A stretch of 63,907 nucleotides of DNA, the filler included, from Octopus bimaculoides (lineage: Eukaryota), in NCBI RefSeq assembly GCF_001194135.2. It is 10 parts of 9 records of this genome, joined end to end, with 100 filler letters (N's around TTAATTAATTAA, not from the genome) between each part and the next. Parts side by side here need not be neighbours in the genome. Positions count along the whole stretch, not along the records: positions 37,294 to 46,605 come from NC_068991.1; positions 46,706 to 48,929 come from NW_026390874.1; positions 49,030 to 51,002 come from NW_026431180.1; 7 more parts are not named here. One strand, written 5' to 3'. A model generated the notes under the pieces. It was not told the origin of the DNA. It saw only the letters and a program-made list of their open reading frames with translations, and ran no database searches. Positions within the stretch are counted from its first letter, which is position 1. Every line of letters starts with the position of its first letter. Below are positions 38,245 to 50,229 of this stretch, one piece after another. Made by a program: the position numbers and the translations under genes.

Positions 38245-39432
38245 TGTAGTGAAACTACCTACCGCCATTAGATACAAAACTGCTATCGCCATTCTTCTCA
38301 TTTAAATATAAATAAACGCGAGCGTAGCGGAGAACATCTTGTCATCACGTGACTGATTATTATTCGAATCGGCAACTTCTTCGAACCGTTCCCGCCAGAA
38401 CGCAAACTGACCAATCACAGCCCTTAATAAGGTCACGTGATAGTGTTTTTCTACTCCCGTCTGGGAGCCCCCTTAACGCCTTAAATAGAGCAACTCATAC
38501 CCAGCAAATTCGTCTCGGTCCAGTTTCTCTTTGAGAACTGTTCCGTGTACCACACGACAGCAACNNNNNNNNNNNNNNNNNNNNNNNNNNNNNNNNNNNN
38601 NNNNNNNNNNNNNNNNNNNNNNNNNNNNNNNNNNNNNNNNNNNNNNNNNNNNNNNNNNNNNNNNNNNNNNNNNNNNNNNNNNNNNNNNNNNNNNNNNNNN
38701 NNNNNNNNNNNNNNNNNNNNNNNNNNNNNNNNNNNNNNNNNNNNNNNNNNNNNNNNNNNNNNNNNNNNNNNNNNNNNNNNNNNNNNNNNNNNNNNNNNNN
38801 NNNNNNNNNNNNNNNNNNNNNNNNNNNNNNNNNNNNNNNNNNNNNNNNNNNNNNNNNNNNNNNNNNNNNNNNNNNNNNNNNNNNNNNNNNNNNNNNNNNN
38901 NNNNNNNNNNNNNNNNNNNNNNNNNNNNNNNNNNNNNNNNNNNNNNNNNNNNNNNNNNNNNNNNNNNNNNNNNNNNNNNNNNNNNNNNNNNNNNNNNNNG
39001 CCACACTCAGCCTCAACTCCCTTTCACATACAGAACTTTTCCTATAGTGTACTATAAGAACTGGTATAATTGCTCACGTGTTATTGACTCTCTTTCCATC
39101 TGCTGTAATAACTCACACACACACACATGTATCACTCACATACACACTTTTCTTTGTATGACGGCCTGTCTTTGATTATGTTCTTATATGTCGCATTCAC
39201 ACTCTCACATACATCTTTAACGCTACAATAAATATATCTGTTATTCATCTAATACGGTTGTGGTCTTTCATTACTGGTCATCTATGTTATCGTCGTATAA
39301 CATATTTTGTATATCATCATTTGATATATTATTGTGTGTTCGACCTTGTGACACGTTTAAATAAAAGGAGTCCTCTGTTTTTCCATTCGTCACCATTGCT
39401 CCTTTTTGAGTTCGCACGGTCGTTACCTTACA
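38245..39432 (+). mobile_element. Putative solo LTR (Ty3/gypsy-like) spanning a gap
   Basis: Starts TGTAGTGAAAC and ends GTTACCTTACA (TG...CA); TATG on both sides (38241-38244, 39433-39436); CCAAT 38411, CACGTG 38346 and 38434, TATA-like TTAAATA 38481, AATAAA 39227 and 39360. Confidence 0.6.
38340..38564 (+). promoter_or_regulatory. Pol II promoter-like segment (E-boxes, CCAAT, TATA-like) inside the putative LTR
   Basis: CpG-richer than its surroundings; TCACGTGA twice, TGACCAATCAC and TTAAATAG in 5'-to-3' promoter order. Confidence 0.45.
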
Positions 39433-39784
39433 TATGTATATATAAGTTGCAAATTTTACCTGCAAGGGAACTACTGGCATGGGGATGATGGTGCAAACTA
39501 ACGCTTTGCCCATCAGAAGCCCTGCCAATACCACATGGGCCCAAAACAATACCCCCTTACACGATGAGGACAAAAGGAAAGGCACCAAAAAAAAAATGCT
39601 GCACTGTCTACTCCCCAAAGACGATATGCAGATGTAGTGCGTAACCCAACAAACAGCCAGCCTCACCCAGATGTGAAAAGGGCAGTAGCTGAACAATCTT
39701 TTCTTGTGCATGGAAAAAACAAAGGAACCACCACACGAGGCTACCACAGACAACAGATACAGGATGGCCACCTCTAACACCAAC

Positions 39785-41790
39785 AAAAATATTTCTTCTA
39801 AACATCAGAGGGCTGTTGAACATAAACTGTAAAACAAAAATCTCATTCCTGAGAGACCTTGCTGCATGCATGCATCTTAGACTTGAGATAAGGAATGCAA
39901 GAGGACCTCATGCCCAGGTCCTGCTGTCATGTTCAGATTCAGTGTTTGACACTCAAATTGTACCCATATGACAACTTTATATTGTTATATGTACTACATA
40001 TCACCTACCAGATGATCCAAATATTACAGGTAAGTTTGAAGACTGCCTAGCAAAGAGAGAGGTTCTCACCAAATTGGAGCAACACATCAGTGTATTGCTT
40101 TGGGGTGACTTTAACTTCCCCAATGAGGGATAGCCCAAGGGCCAGATGCTCCCAGGAATGACACACCACCAAGCACAAGCAGAGTCCCTGCTCCACTTTA
40201 CCAATGCTTCTTTCATGGAGCAAATTGTGCTACAACCAACCAGGGCAAATAATATACTGAATCTCTGCTTCATAAACAATATAGACATTATCCATAATGT
40301 TAAAGTGACACCAATACTAGTCTTTGATCACAACACAATGGAGCTGTTTATGTATAGACCAAAAGCCCCTGCAGATGTACAGCATATACAAAGCTCTCGA
40401 AATCTCTCCAAACTGATTTTTCATAAAGCAAACTGGAAGTTGATTGGGAAAGAGATCCTCAAACAAAATTGGCCTAAATGTCTGTCCACACCAGACATTG
40501 ACATTAAACAAACATTTCATATCAATGATGTAAGCCATATGTGACAAATCTGTCCCATAGGGCAAGGCCAACATGCACAAAAACAAGATTCCTAGGGAAA
40601 GTAAAATTCTTACAAGACGACGGACAAAGATTGCAAACTGCCTTCAAAGTAGTGAAAAGTCCCACCTGGAGAGAGCGCTGTTGGTGATTAAGAAGAGTTT
40701 GCATCTATCTCACGAAAAAGAGAGAGCAGATAAGGAAGCTTGGGTTATAGAAAATATCAAGTCGAACCCTAAAGCTTTCTTTAACTTTGCCAAAGAAACA
40801 GCCTCAGTATGCCACAAGATAGGACACCTCTTCCAAAAAGTTGGCTCCCTGACAGGAAAACCAATGACTGTAAGTTAAATACTGAATGAACAGACAAGTA
40901 AACAAACCAGCAGAATTCTTTGCCACCTTACCTCTAACCAAAGCGGTAAAAATTGAGGACATAAACATTGAAGATGTAACTTTGGCCATAGATGAGGTTG
41001 ACACAAATTCAGCTGCTAGCCCCAATGGATTTCCAGTGGTCCTTCTCAAATTGTGCAAACAAGCGCTTGTAAAACCACTGTAGCTTCTATTTCAGAGCTT
41101 CCTTGCAAGTAGTAAGCTTCCGGATAAACTGAAGAAAGGGATGAGATGCCCTATCCACAAGGGAGGAAGCAGAGTAGATATTAAAATTATAGGCCTATCT
41201 CTCTGATCTCACACATCAGCAAAGTCTTGAAATGAATAGTCCACAAGAAACTAATTGCATTCCTTGAAAAAAATGACACCCAGCATGGATTTCGACCAGG
41301 TAGATGCTGCCTGACACAACTCTTACAACATTACGACTGGGTGTTAAAACAGCTGTGGGCTGAGGAAAACAAGCAGTTTAATGCACAAAAATTCCAAGCA
41401 TTGTGCTACCAGCACACAAAGCTGAATGACATGCAGACAGGATACACTGGCCCGGAGGAATTGCAATCCCTGAAACAAAATCAATGCATAACCTGCGCCT
41501 TGACGTGAGCAATGATGCTTCTTCCCAGGTGCATATTACTAATTTGTTAATAAAATGCAGACAGCTAGCTGGATGGATCCACTGAACATTCAAGACGACA
41601 GAAAAGGAAACAATGATGGTCCTTCACAGTGCACATGTCCTCACCTGCTTGGACTAGAGCTCCCAACTCTGATTACCACACATTATAAAAGTCACAGAGG
41701 AACTCAAAGAAATCCAATGAAGTTACACAAAGAAAATCATCTCAATGCAGCATATCAGCTACTCAGAAAGAGATAATACTCTTCTCCCGA
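39785..41790 (+). mobile_element. Degraded CR1-clade LINE ORF2 (AP endonuclease and RT N-terminal half, internally deleted)
   Basis: LLNIRGL near 39790; GDFNFP near 40105; MEQIVLQPTRANNILNLCF...DHN; NSAASPNGFPVVLLKLCK; PIHKGGSR; YRPISLISHISKV; QHGFRPGRCCLTQLL. Confidence 0.9.
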
Positions 41791-41841
41791 GAACGAAGGC
41801 AGGAAAGATATGCAGTGATATACACCTGTATATATACTGTT

Positions 41842-41915
<74 letters not shown>

Positions 41916-42318
41916 AACATTGGTCATAGAACAAACATTAAATTTGAGTCAACAACTTAAATATAACATCATACCTCGAACATTTAATCATATATAAGTA
42001 TCACCATTATATAAAAAGATATACATATATATAAAAATGCAGAAGATAAAACTATATATGTGAATAAAATACAAATAGAATGGCCTATGAAAAAAGTAAA
42101 TAAACGACTAAAAATTCAAAAGTGTGCCATACTACCAAAAAAAAAAACCCCAAAAACGAAGATAAAATATCAAACGACTAAGAATGTTTTATCAAATGAT
42201 TAAAAATACTATTAAAAAACTTTTTTTACTCCTCTCACACAAAGTACGTCCAAAGTTCAATTTTTAAAGCTATAGTAGGTTAGAGTTAATATGCAAACAG
42301 ACAAAGTCAATTCAAATA

Positions 42319-42400
42319 CATCGATGGCCATTTCAGGAGCTCATTGCCGCGGTTCAATTACCCTAAAGTGCATCATGGCAGCGACCCCTTCATCAGGATG
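42319..42400 (-). ncRNA. Type I hammerhead ribozyme with canonical core
   Basis: Minus strand CAUC-CUGAUGA-AGGGGUCGCUGCC[loop]GCGGCAAUGAGCUCCU-GAAA-UGGCCA-UC^GAUG. Stem I is 4 bp, stem II is imperfect (about 12 bp) and closed by A-U, stem III is palindromic (AUGGCCAU), and the site is AUC. Confidence 0.75.
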
Positions 42401-42571
42401 GACAAGAAGCAGGAAGCAGTTTCTTTATTACCCACAAGGGGCCAATGAAGAGGGGACAATACAATACATGTGGGGACATAGAACAAATGAAAAAAAATAT
42501 AAACGTATGGTACAATGATGATGAAAATGAAAACTGAAAGTGGCGCTAACTGCCCCACCAAGCAACATCAC

Positions 42572-43054
42572 TTACTTCCTTTTTTCTCTATATTCCATTA
42601 TATTGAGTCCATAACTTTCTTTGAGTTCCTCATATTTTATATTTTCTGGTAATCTCTCCTTATCATACTCCACCTTCCAAGCTTCATACTTTCCCTTGTA
42701 TTTTTTAATCTCATTTTTCTGTTCTTCTGTTATTAGTATGCATGTATGGCATCCGCCAATACTCACCTCATCATCTAACCCAACAAGTACTGTTTTTTCC
42801 CATTTCATCACCTTTTTAACCAGTTTGTCTTCTGCTTCCTCATACAACACACATGCAAAACACCCAGTTGGAGGGGAAGTTTGTGGGTTCCTGTGTGTTA
42901 ATGCTTTTATTTTTTGTTTTTGTGTTGGAGGGGAATGGGAAGGTTTGGTGTCTACAGGGAGAGGGTGGGACGAAGAGGGTGTGGGTGAGCATTGTGTAAT
43001 TGTGGGGTGGGGTTTTGTGTGTGTTGGACTTAATTTCTTCCTTTTTCTCAGCAC
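42572..43054 (-). pseudogene. Uninterrupted 160-codon reading frame without ATG, with two CxxC motifs; possibly a PLE C-terminal derivative
   Basis: ORF track: ...GCFAC...GGCHTCILITEE...ESYGLNI...*. It lies about 170 nt upstream of the hammerhead on the same strand; an in-frame TAA lies five codons upstream of the GTG start. Confidence 0.35.
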
Positions 43055-43103
43055 ACAACAATCAAAATTTTACAAAAGCAATTCAACAGACAGAAAATAC
43101 TAA

Positions 43104-46100
43104 TTTTTTTATTGCCAACATAGATGGGTACAATACAATCTGAAATCAGATAAATGAATGGATTTTACATTAAAATGGAATTAAAAATTAACATATAATA
43201 TATAACGAATGGATGATGACAACACAAAAGACAACAAATGGAGTGGTGCTTGGGTTGAGCTCCGACTCCACGAGCCCCAACCACCACTGATAACTCTTAG
43301 GACACATTATGGCCAATTCATTTGGCTACAACCACTCGCAACACTCATGCTACATATTTCCATCTTTTGTTAAACATTTCCTCTGACAAACACCTCCTCT
43401 CCAGCCCTATTTTTCTTTTCAAATGAAAAGTAAAATACCTCTGTAAGGCAAGGCCAGAGACGAAGCTGCCTGTCTTCACTCCTTTCATCTCTGTCTTCCA
43501 TACTATCTCTTTCACTTACCATCATTTGATATAAAACCGGGCGGATCAATTTTTATAATTGACTCAGTCGATAGCGGTACTCTCCTTGTACCAGACAACA
43601 GATGTTCTACATAAGCCCACATCTCTGACACCTCTGGACACTGGACAATGGTGTGCGGGACGGTTTCCCTATCCCGCTCACATGTTGTGCAGGTTGGAGT
43701 GTTGCATTGACCATGTCTTGCAAGCTTATCCCAAACGGGCAAGGCATTTCTGTAACATTGCCAGGTCAAGGACTTTTGGAAGTTATTCAGTGTCCTCAAC
43801 TCAAACGTACAGAAAAACAGGCTGTCAAGTTGAATAAATCCGAGACCCAGAGTCTCCTCCAGGCCATCGTCACATTCAGCCTCTACCAACTCTTTATAGA
43901 AAAATGCTGTAGAACCCCCACCGCTGGCATTACCCGAGCAACGGAATAGCAGGAGTGCCTTGTGGCACTCCGTATGCCACACACTCAACCTTGATCTACA
44001 AAAGCACCAAGCTTCCCATCCACCGAAACTAGCAAATGAGGGAAACATCTGTTTTGCCAGTGGAGACCACACCCATTCACAATCCAGAAGAATCCAGAGA
44101 TGCCTCAACCTCTGTGCCTTTTTGCGCATCATCAGCCAAGGCATACCTAGTCCTCCCTTTAACGGTCTTTGACAGCAAATAGAGCGTCTTACAAGTTGCT
44201 TCGATCCCTTCCACAAAAAGCAAAAGAGCTGTCTTTCCAACTTGATCAACCACGAATCCGGGCAAGAAATGATGGCTAGGCGGTAGGTAATGACCAATGG
44301 AATGAACACATTGGCCACCTCTGCCCTCTCTTTCAGAGATAGCCACCACCAAGACCAGGTCTTGACTATGTGTGTCACCTTGCTCGAAACCTCAATCCAG
44401 TTCTTCTCTACCTGGAGGTCTGGACCAAATGAGGCCCCTAGCAACTTAACCAGTCCCTCCATCCAACATACTATGACGCTGTCTGAAGACATCGACTTGC
44501 CCTTCCAGGTACCGAGTTGCAAGCCGATCAATTTTTCCTGGTTGATCTTTGCTCCTGCCAGTCTTGTAAACCCCTATGGCTTTGCCTACCTCCTGTAGAT
44601 GTTCCATTTTGGTCACGCTGATGGTGATGTCATCTGCATAAGCTGAAACCAACTCTCCACTTTCTGATTCTCTCAGGATGCCACTCAACTTATTGCAATA
44701 ACGACTCAAGAGCCATCACATACAAAAGCAGTGAGAGTGGACACCCTTGGCTAACCAGGCATTTGATACAAAACGGTCTTCATAAAAAACCGTTCACTCA
44801 AACGATCGAGTCAATGTTATCATACAATTGTATTATCCACCTAAGGAAGCTAAGATCCAAGCCAAACTGTGCTAGAACAGTCACCAGGTACCCTATCAAA
44901 AGCCTTAGATTGGTCCAAATGTACCAATACCCCACCTTTGACAGTTTTATTCCCAAACCCTTCTACAGTGTAGCGGAGAAGATGGAGATTATCCCGGATG
45001 CTTCTGCTGGGAATGGCACATGTCTGTGCCTCCCTGATCAGACCATCTGCGACACGCACCAATCTTTTTGCTATCACCTTGGCCAAAATCTTCACTTCTG
45101 TGTTTAGCAGAGTGATGGGCCTGAAATTATCTATATGATCCCCCTTGTCCAGGTCCTTTCTGACCAGCGTCACCACTCCCCAGCACATAGATCTGGGGAT
45201 GAATCCATTCTGTTGCCAGTTCACGTACACGCTGGCCAGCAGGGGCCTGAACAAGTCTGGCATACACTTCTACAGCTCATGGGGCAGACCATCCAGTCCC
45301 AGTGACTTACCCATGCCACAGTCTGCCATAGCCTCAATTACCTCCCCAGGTGTGATCGGCCCTTCACAAGACTCTGCATCCTGCCCTGAGAGGCATGGCA
45401 GCCTGGCGAGGAAGTCTACAAGGTCCCTCCTACCATCTTGTCCATCACTCCCCGCAAAAAGCTGGGCGAAGTGCTCCTGAAAAGCCTCGCACATTTCCTC
45501 GGGCTCGTTTATCAATACACCTTGATGATTTACCAAAGATTGAATTGTGGAATCATTTCCACGTTGCCCATCCAGCAGCCTTTATTCCTTCGCAACCCAT
45601 TGCGTGTAGTCTAGATTCTGACAATGCATCCCATGTGTTGGGCTTCGAGGTGCTGTTTTAATTCCAGTCTCTTCACCCTCCCCTGGTTCGCATTGCCAGT
45701 CCTCATAGATTCCTCTAAGTTCTTAACTAGACCCTCTTCTTTCTTACGTTCCTTATCTACTAGACCTATGCTGTATCTAATAGACTCATATTTTATGGCT
45801 CATTTTAGGGCATACCACCATTTATTATTAATGATGACACCTGTTAATGCCCTTTGAATTATCATCTTAATCCGCTTTCTGTACTCCACAATCGCCAAAA
45901 GGGACATATTGAGTTTCCAGTAGCCAGACCCCTTTCTATGTACCTTATCTAAGTTCAGCGTACAGATGACCATCTTGTGGTCACTGTAGCTGACTGGATA
46001 AAATTGTGGATACTTTATGCTTTTGTCTATTTTTCTAATTAGAATCCTATGTATATATGATCTGGATGACCCATCGCTGTTTGACCATCTCCACAATGGA

Positions 46101-46155
46101 GCGTCAGGGTGTTCCAGCCTATATGGATCTGCTAGCTGAAAACAACTTAGCAGAT
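43104..46155 (-). mobile_element. 5'-truncated L1/Tx1-clade LINE ORF2 (APE end, RT, C-terminal zinc finger) with AATAAA and short poly(A)
   Basis: DPYRLEHP...SDHKMV...YWKLN (APE); LGLDGLP; FRPITLLNTEVKILAKV; DQSKAFDRV; AYADDIT; CTTCERDRETVPHTIVQC. The minus-strand 3' end reads GGCAATAAAAAAA at about 43104-43116. Frameshifted. Confidence 0.93.
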
Positions 46156-46156
46156 C

Positions 46157-46448
46157 CATTGCTTCACCACACACTGAAAATTAGAAATAGCAGCCAAAAC
46201 TACTATTTCTCTACCAAAATACGACTCTCAAAACAGCAATACTCGCAAACTACAAAAGCAAAAGAGAAAAAATAACAAATCTACCCGGCCTTGATTAATT
46301 GCAGACACGTTTCTAGATCAAAGAGGTGTAAATTATATTACCCAATCTCATTTCCTTCATCAGTGCAATATTTCAAAATTATAAATCCAATTAGAGAAAT
46401 AGTAGTTTTGGTTGCTACTTCTAATTTTCGGTGTATGGTGAAGCAATG
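46157..46448. mobile_element. MITE-like element with 57-bp TIRs (4 mismatches)
   Basis: 46157-46213 CATTGCTTCACCACACACTGAAAATTAGAAATAGCAGCCAAAACTACTATTTCTCTA against the reverse complement of 46392-46448. Confidence 0.85.
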
Positions 46449-46573
46449 CCTGCTGAACCCTAAATTTTAATTATGTTTATATGAATTTACTGATAATGGT
46501 TCTTTAACACACCGAACTACTTGGTAAAATTACTAATTATTAATTAATTATTAATTTTTGCCCTATATCTGTA

Positions 46574-46605
<32 letters not shown>

Positions 46606-46705
46606 NNNNNNNNNNNNNNNNNNNNNNNNNNNNNNNNNNNNNNNNNNNNTTAATTAATTAANNNNNNNNNNNNNNNNNNNNNNNNNNNNNNNNNNNNNNN
46701 NNNNN

Positions 46706-48110
46706 TGAGAGAAAAGTTGAATCTAAGAAGCATCAGTTGTGGTATGCAAGAGAGATGATTACGCTGGTATGGTCATGTGGCGAGAATGGATGAGGATAGC
46801 TGTGTGAAAAAGTGCCACTCCCTAGCAGTAGAGGGAACCTGTGGAAGNNNNNNNNNNCTGTGTGAAAAAGTGCCACTCCCTAGCAGTAGAGGGAACCTGT
46901 GGAAGAGGTAGGCCCAGGAAGACCTGGGATGAGGTGGTGATGCACGATCTTCAAACATTGGGCCTCACTGAGGCGATGACTTCTGACCGGGACCTTTGGA
47001 AATATTCTGTGCGTGAGAAGACCCGGCAAGCCAAGTGAGACCTAAATCCAAGGCCTCTGCCAGGGGTGTAGCCAGCTTACTTATGCGTACCTTTCCTTCA
47101 TTGGACACTAAACTCCACTTGCGAAGACCTGAAATCGTGATGGCACCTGTGCCCAGCGTCACCCTCCTGGCATTTGTTCCGGTGGCACCTGTAAAGACAT
47201 TCAAGCAAGATCATTGCCAGTGTCGCTGAACTGGCTCCTGTGCAAGTGGTACTAAAATACACCATTTTGAGCGTGGCCGTTGCCAGTACCGCCTGACTGG
47301 CCTTCGTGCCGTGGCACGTAAAAGCACCCACTACACTCTTGGAGTGGTTGGCGTTAGGAAGGGCATCCAGCTGTAGAAACTATGCCAAATCAGATTGGAG
47401 TCTGGTGTAGCCATCTGGTTCACCAGTCCTCAGTCAAATCGTNNNNNNNNNNNNNNNNNNNNNNNNNNNNNNNNNNNNNNNNNNNNNNNNNNNNNNNNNN
47501 NNNNNNNNNNNNNNNNNNNNNNNNNNNNNNNNNNNNNNNNNNNNNNNNNNNNNNNNNNNNNNNNNNNNNNNNNNNNNNNNNNNNNNNNNNNNNNNNNNNN
47601 NNNNNNNNNNNNNNNNNNNNNNNNNNNNNNNNNNNNNNNNNNNNNNNNNNNNNNNNNNNNNNNNNNNNNNNNNNNNNNNNNNNNNNNNNNNNNNNNNNNN
47701 NNNNNNNNNNNNNNNNNNNNNNNNNNNNNNNNNNNNNNNNNNNNNNNNNNNNNNNNNNNNNNNNNNNNNNNNNNNNNNNNNNNNNNNNNNNNNNNNNNNN
47801 NNNNNNNNNNNNNNNNNNNNNNNNNNNNNNNNNNNNNNNNNNNNNNNNNNNNNNNNNNTACTAAAATACACCATTTTGAGCGTGGCCGTTGCCAGTACCG
47901 CCTGACTGGCCTTCGTGCCGTGGCACGTAAAAGCACCCACTACACTCTTGGAGTGGTTGGCGTTAGGAAGGGCATCCAGCTGTAGAAACTATGCCAAATC
48001 AGATTGGAGTCTGGTGTAGCCATCTGGTTCACCAGTCCTCAGTCAAATCGTCCAACCCATGCTAGCATGGAAAGTGGACGTTAAACGATGATGATGATGA
48101 TGATGATGAT
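46706..48110 (+). mobile_element. RTE-clade LINE 3' end: RT C-terminus, long 3' UTR and (GAT)n tail
   Basis: LRWYGHVARMDEDSCVKKCHSLAVEGTCGRGRPRKTWDEVV...REKTRQAK*; ends CCAACCCATGCTAGCATGGAAAGTGGACGTTAAAC(GAT)n. Confidence 0.92.
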
Positions 48111-48325
48111 GTGTCTTTGTGATTGTTTGTCTTCCCATCATCATTTGATAACCGATGTTGGTGTGTTTATGTCTCTGTAACTTGGCACTTCAGCAAAGGA
48201 GACCAATAGAATAAGTACTAGGTTTACAAAGAGTAAGTCCTGGGGTCGATTTCCTCGATTAAAACCCTTTAAGGCTGTGCACCAGCATGGCCACAATCAG
48301 GATGACTGAACCAAGTAAAAGAAAA
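48110..48325 (+). mobile_element. SINE family 2 3' half
   Basis: GATAACCGATGTTGGTGTGTTTATGTC..GTAACTT...ACCAATAGAATAAGTACTAGG...CCAGCATGGCC...ATGACTGAACCAAGTAAAAGA. Confidence 0.85.
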
Positions 48326-48339
48326 CTTATCAATTTCCT

Positions 48340-48690
48340 ATCTTTTATCTTTTTACTTGTTTCAGTCATTTTGGTTGTAGACATACTGGGGCACTGGCTT
48401 GAAAAGGCCTGATCAAACAAACTGACTCCCCTTTACTTATGTTCCTTTTTTATTATAGTTTTGTTCTTATTATATCAATCTCTTTTGCTGAAGTGTTATG
48501 CTATGGGGATGTAAACAAACTGGTTAAGTGGTGGGAAGATAAACATAAACACACATACACACAATGTGCTTCTTAGAGTTTCTCACAATGGTTTGACCCA
48601 GAGATACAATAGAAGGTGTCACACAGTGGGACTGAACCCAAGTCCACATGATTGGGTAGCAAGCTTCTTAACCATACAATCACACCTTAA
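48340..48690 (-). mobile_element. Near-complete degraded SINE family 2 copy
   Basis: Tail TTTTACTTGTTTCAGTCAT at the left; tRNA head GTGGGACTGAACCC...GCAAGCTTCTTAACCATAC at the right. Confidence 0.8.
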
Positions 48691-49468
48691 AACACACACA
48701 CACTTGTTTACGTGTGTGTGAAAATGTTTAAAACCTCGTGTCAGCCCTTAATAAGCAGACTCATGATCATAATAATTTCTTCTTTATTTAATTTTCCCAT
48801 ATAGCAAAGTGGCCAAGCTCCCTTCAAGTGTTGGGCCTTTTGGAGGCAATGACAGAGAACTTTGGCGTTATGTTGTGCTTGAGAAGAAGACCCATCAAGC
48901 TGGGCAAAATGGCTGTCATGGCAGATACCNNNNNNNNNNNNNNNNNNNNNNNNNNNNNNNNNNNNNNNNNNNNTTAATTAATTAANNNNNNNNNNNNNNN
49001 NNNNNNNNNNNNNNNNNNNNNNNNNNNNNAATTAAATTAAATTAAATACAAACAAAAAAAAAGAAAGAATAGAAAAAAAATAATAATAAGTTGGTATAAA
49101 CACATGAACAAATAAATAAAAACAAATTAAACGAACGTGTATGAACAAGGGATACAGATTATACAGGCAATCCCCATACACAAACACACACTTACTAAAC
49201 ATAGAGACGTATAGGGGGATACGCATGCACAAATAAAAACACATACAATAGGAATACAAAATACAAAATGGCTGATCGTTAGTAAGGAAAGACACAAAAA
49301 TAGGAAAGAAGAAAGCAAAAGACCACTGATGGGGTCACAGAAGTGTGATGAATGAACTCTGGCCGAAATACGATTAATGTAAAATAAAGCTGAAGCAATT
49401 TAACACCATATATATAGTATGTGTGTTTTTATTGGCTAAACTGGCAACATGACCATCCCCAAATACAG

Positions 49469-49507
<39 letters not shown>

Positions 49508-50229
49508 NNNNNNNNNNNNNNNNNNNNNNNNNNNNNNNNNNNNNNNNNNNNNNNNNNNNNNNNNNNNNNNNNNNNNNNNNNNNNNNNNNNNNNNNNNNNN
49601 NNNNNNNNNNNNNNNNNNNNNNNNNNNNNNNNNNNNNNNNNNNNNNNNNNNNNNNNNNNNNNNNNNNNNNNNNNNNNNNNNNNNNNNNNNNNNNNNNNNN
49701 NNNNNNNNNNNNNNNNNNNNNNNNNNNNNNNNNNNNNNNNNNNNNNNNNNNNNNNNNNNNNNNNNNNNNNNNNNNNNNNNNNNNNNNNNNNNNNNNNNNN
49801 NNNNNNNNNNNNNNNNNNNNNNNNNNNNNNNNNNNNNNNNNNNNNNNNNNNNNNNNNNNNNNNNNNNNNNNNNNNNNNNNNNNNNNNNNNNNNNNNNNNN
49901 NNNNNNNNNNNNNNNNNNNNNNNNNNNNNNNNNNNNNNNNNNNNNNNNNNNNNNNNNNNNNNNNNNNNNNNNNNNNNNNNNNNNNNNNNNNNNNNNNNNN
50001 NNNNNNNNNNNNNNNNNNNNNNNNNNNNNNNNNNNNNNNNNNNNNNNNNNNNNNNNNNNNNNNNNNNNNNNNNNNNNNNNNNNNNNNNNNNNNNNNNNNN
50101 NNNNNNNNNNNNNNNNNNNNNNNNNNNNNNNNNNNNNNNNNNNNNNNNNNNNNNNNNNNNNNNNNNNNNNNNNNNNNNNNNNNNNNNNNNNNNNNNNNNN
50201 NNNNNNNNNNNNNNNNNNACATATATATA

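Noticed and set aside
38400-39010. Histone gene hidden in the 435-N gap (CCAAT/TATA upstream, GCCACAC after the gap like a stem-loop end)
   Set aside because: No purine-rich downstream element follows, and TG...CA ends, a TSD and AATAAA signals explain the region better as an LTR. It is not fully excluded until the gap is filled.
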